DNA of 34,904 nucleotides from Perkinsus olseni (Eukaryota): NCBI GenBank assembly GCA_013115125.1, contig JABANN010000366.1, positions 1 to 34,904 of the forward strand, read 5' to 3'. Shown piece by piece: positions 34,803 to 34,904 of this stretch (position 1 is its first letter; each line of letters starts with the position of its first letter). The notes under the pieces were generated by a model. It saw only the letters and a program-made list of their open reading frames with translations, ran no database searches and was not told where the DNA came from. The position numbers and the translations under genes were made by a program.

Positions 34803-34904
34803 TTAGTAAAACCCCAGAGCAATTTAATAAAGCCCAGAGCAAATTAGTATAACCCCAAAGCAATTTGATTTTATGAAAGACCAATTTAGTAGAGCCCCTA
34901 AAAA
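34803..34904. repeat. Degenerate ~21-bp AT-rich minisatellite running off the window end
   Basis: Units TTAGTAAAACCCCAGAGCAAT / TTAATAAAGCCCAGAGCAAA / TTAGTATAACCCCAAAGCAAT / TTGATTTTATGAAAGACCAAT / TTAGTAGAGCCCCTAAAA. Confidence 0.75.

Noticed and set aside
1-34904. CRISPR array, rRNA, snRNA, transposase or reverse transcriptase genes, prokaryotic operons
   Set aside because: No repeat-spacer structure or diagnostic motifs seen on either strand; the gene architecture is spliceosomal and eukaryotic.

Overview
Gene-dense eukaryotic DNA (~50% GC) with many short GT-AG introns. The gene content (a MOE-like Cys-rich secreted protein, a membrane TIR-like protein, a giant FN3/filamin/PA14 protein, lineage-specific secreted proteins) points to a perkinsid alveolate (Perkinsus-like); this is an inference. 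Most supplied ORFs are exon fragments or shadow frames. Genes I could assemble by hand: a PP1-docking-motif protein (1693-2299, -), a hypothetical multi-exon gene (~2864-4187), an intronless polyQ multi-TM TIR-like protein (4574-6316, -), a Sec14/CRAL-TRIO protein (~7740-9632), several hypothetical genes (~10-17.6 kb), a ~13.8 kb secreted FN3-filamin-PA14-FN3 gene (17911-31687), a MOE-like protein (31989-32234) and a 3-exon secreted protein (33644-34587). The most unusual signals are: (i) two intact sense-strand tRNA genes (Val-UAC, Thr-UGU) inside introns of the giant gene, neither with a nearby Pol III T-run; (ii) a 48-nt intron made almost entirely of a tRNA 3' half, sharing a 17-mer with a tRNA relic 19 kb away; (iii) a TIR-like fold split by TM helices that keeps the catalytic WCxxE glutamate.
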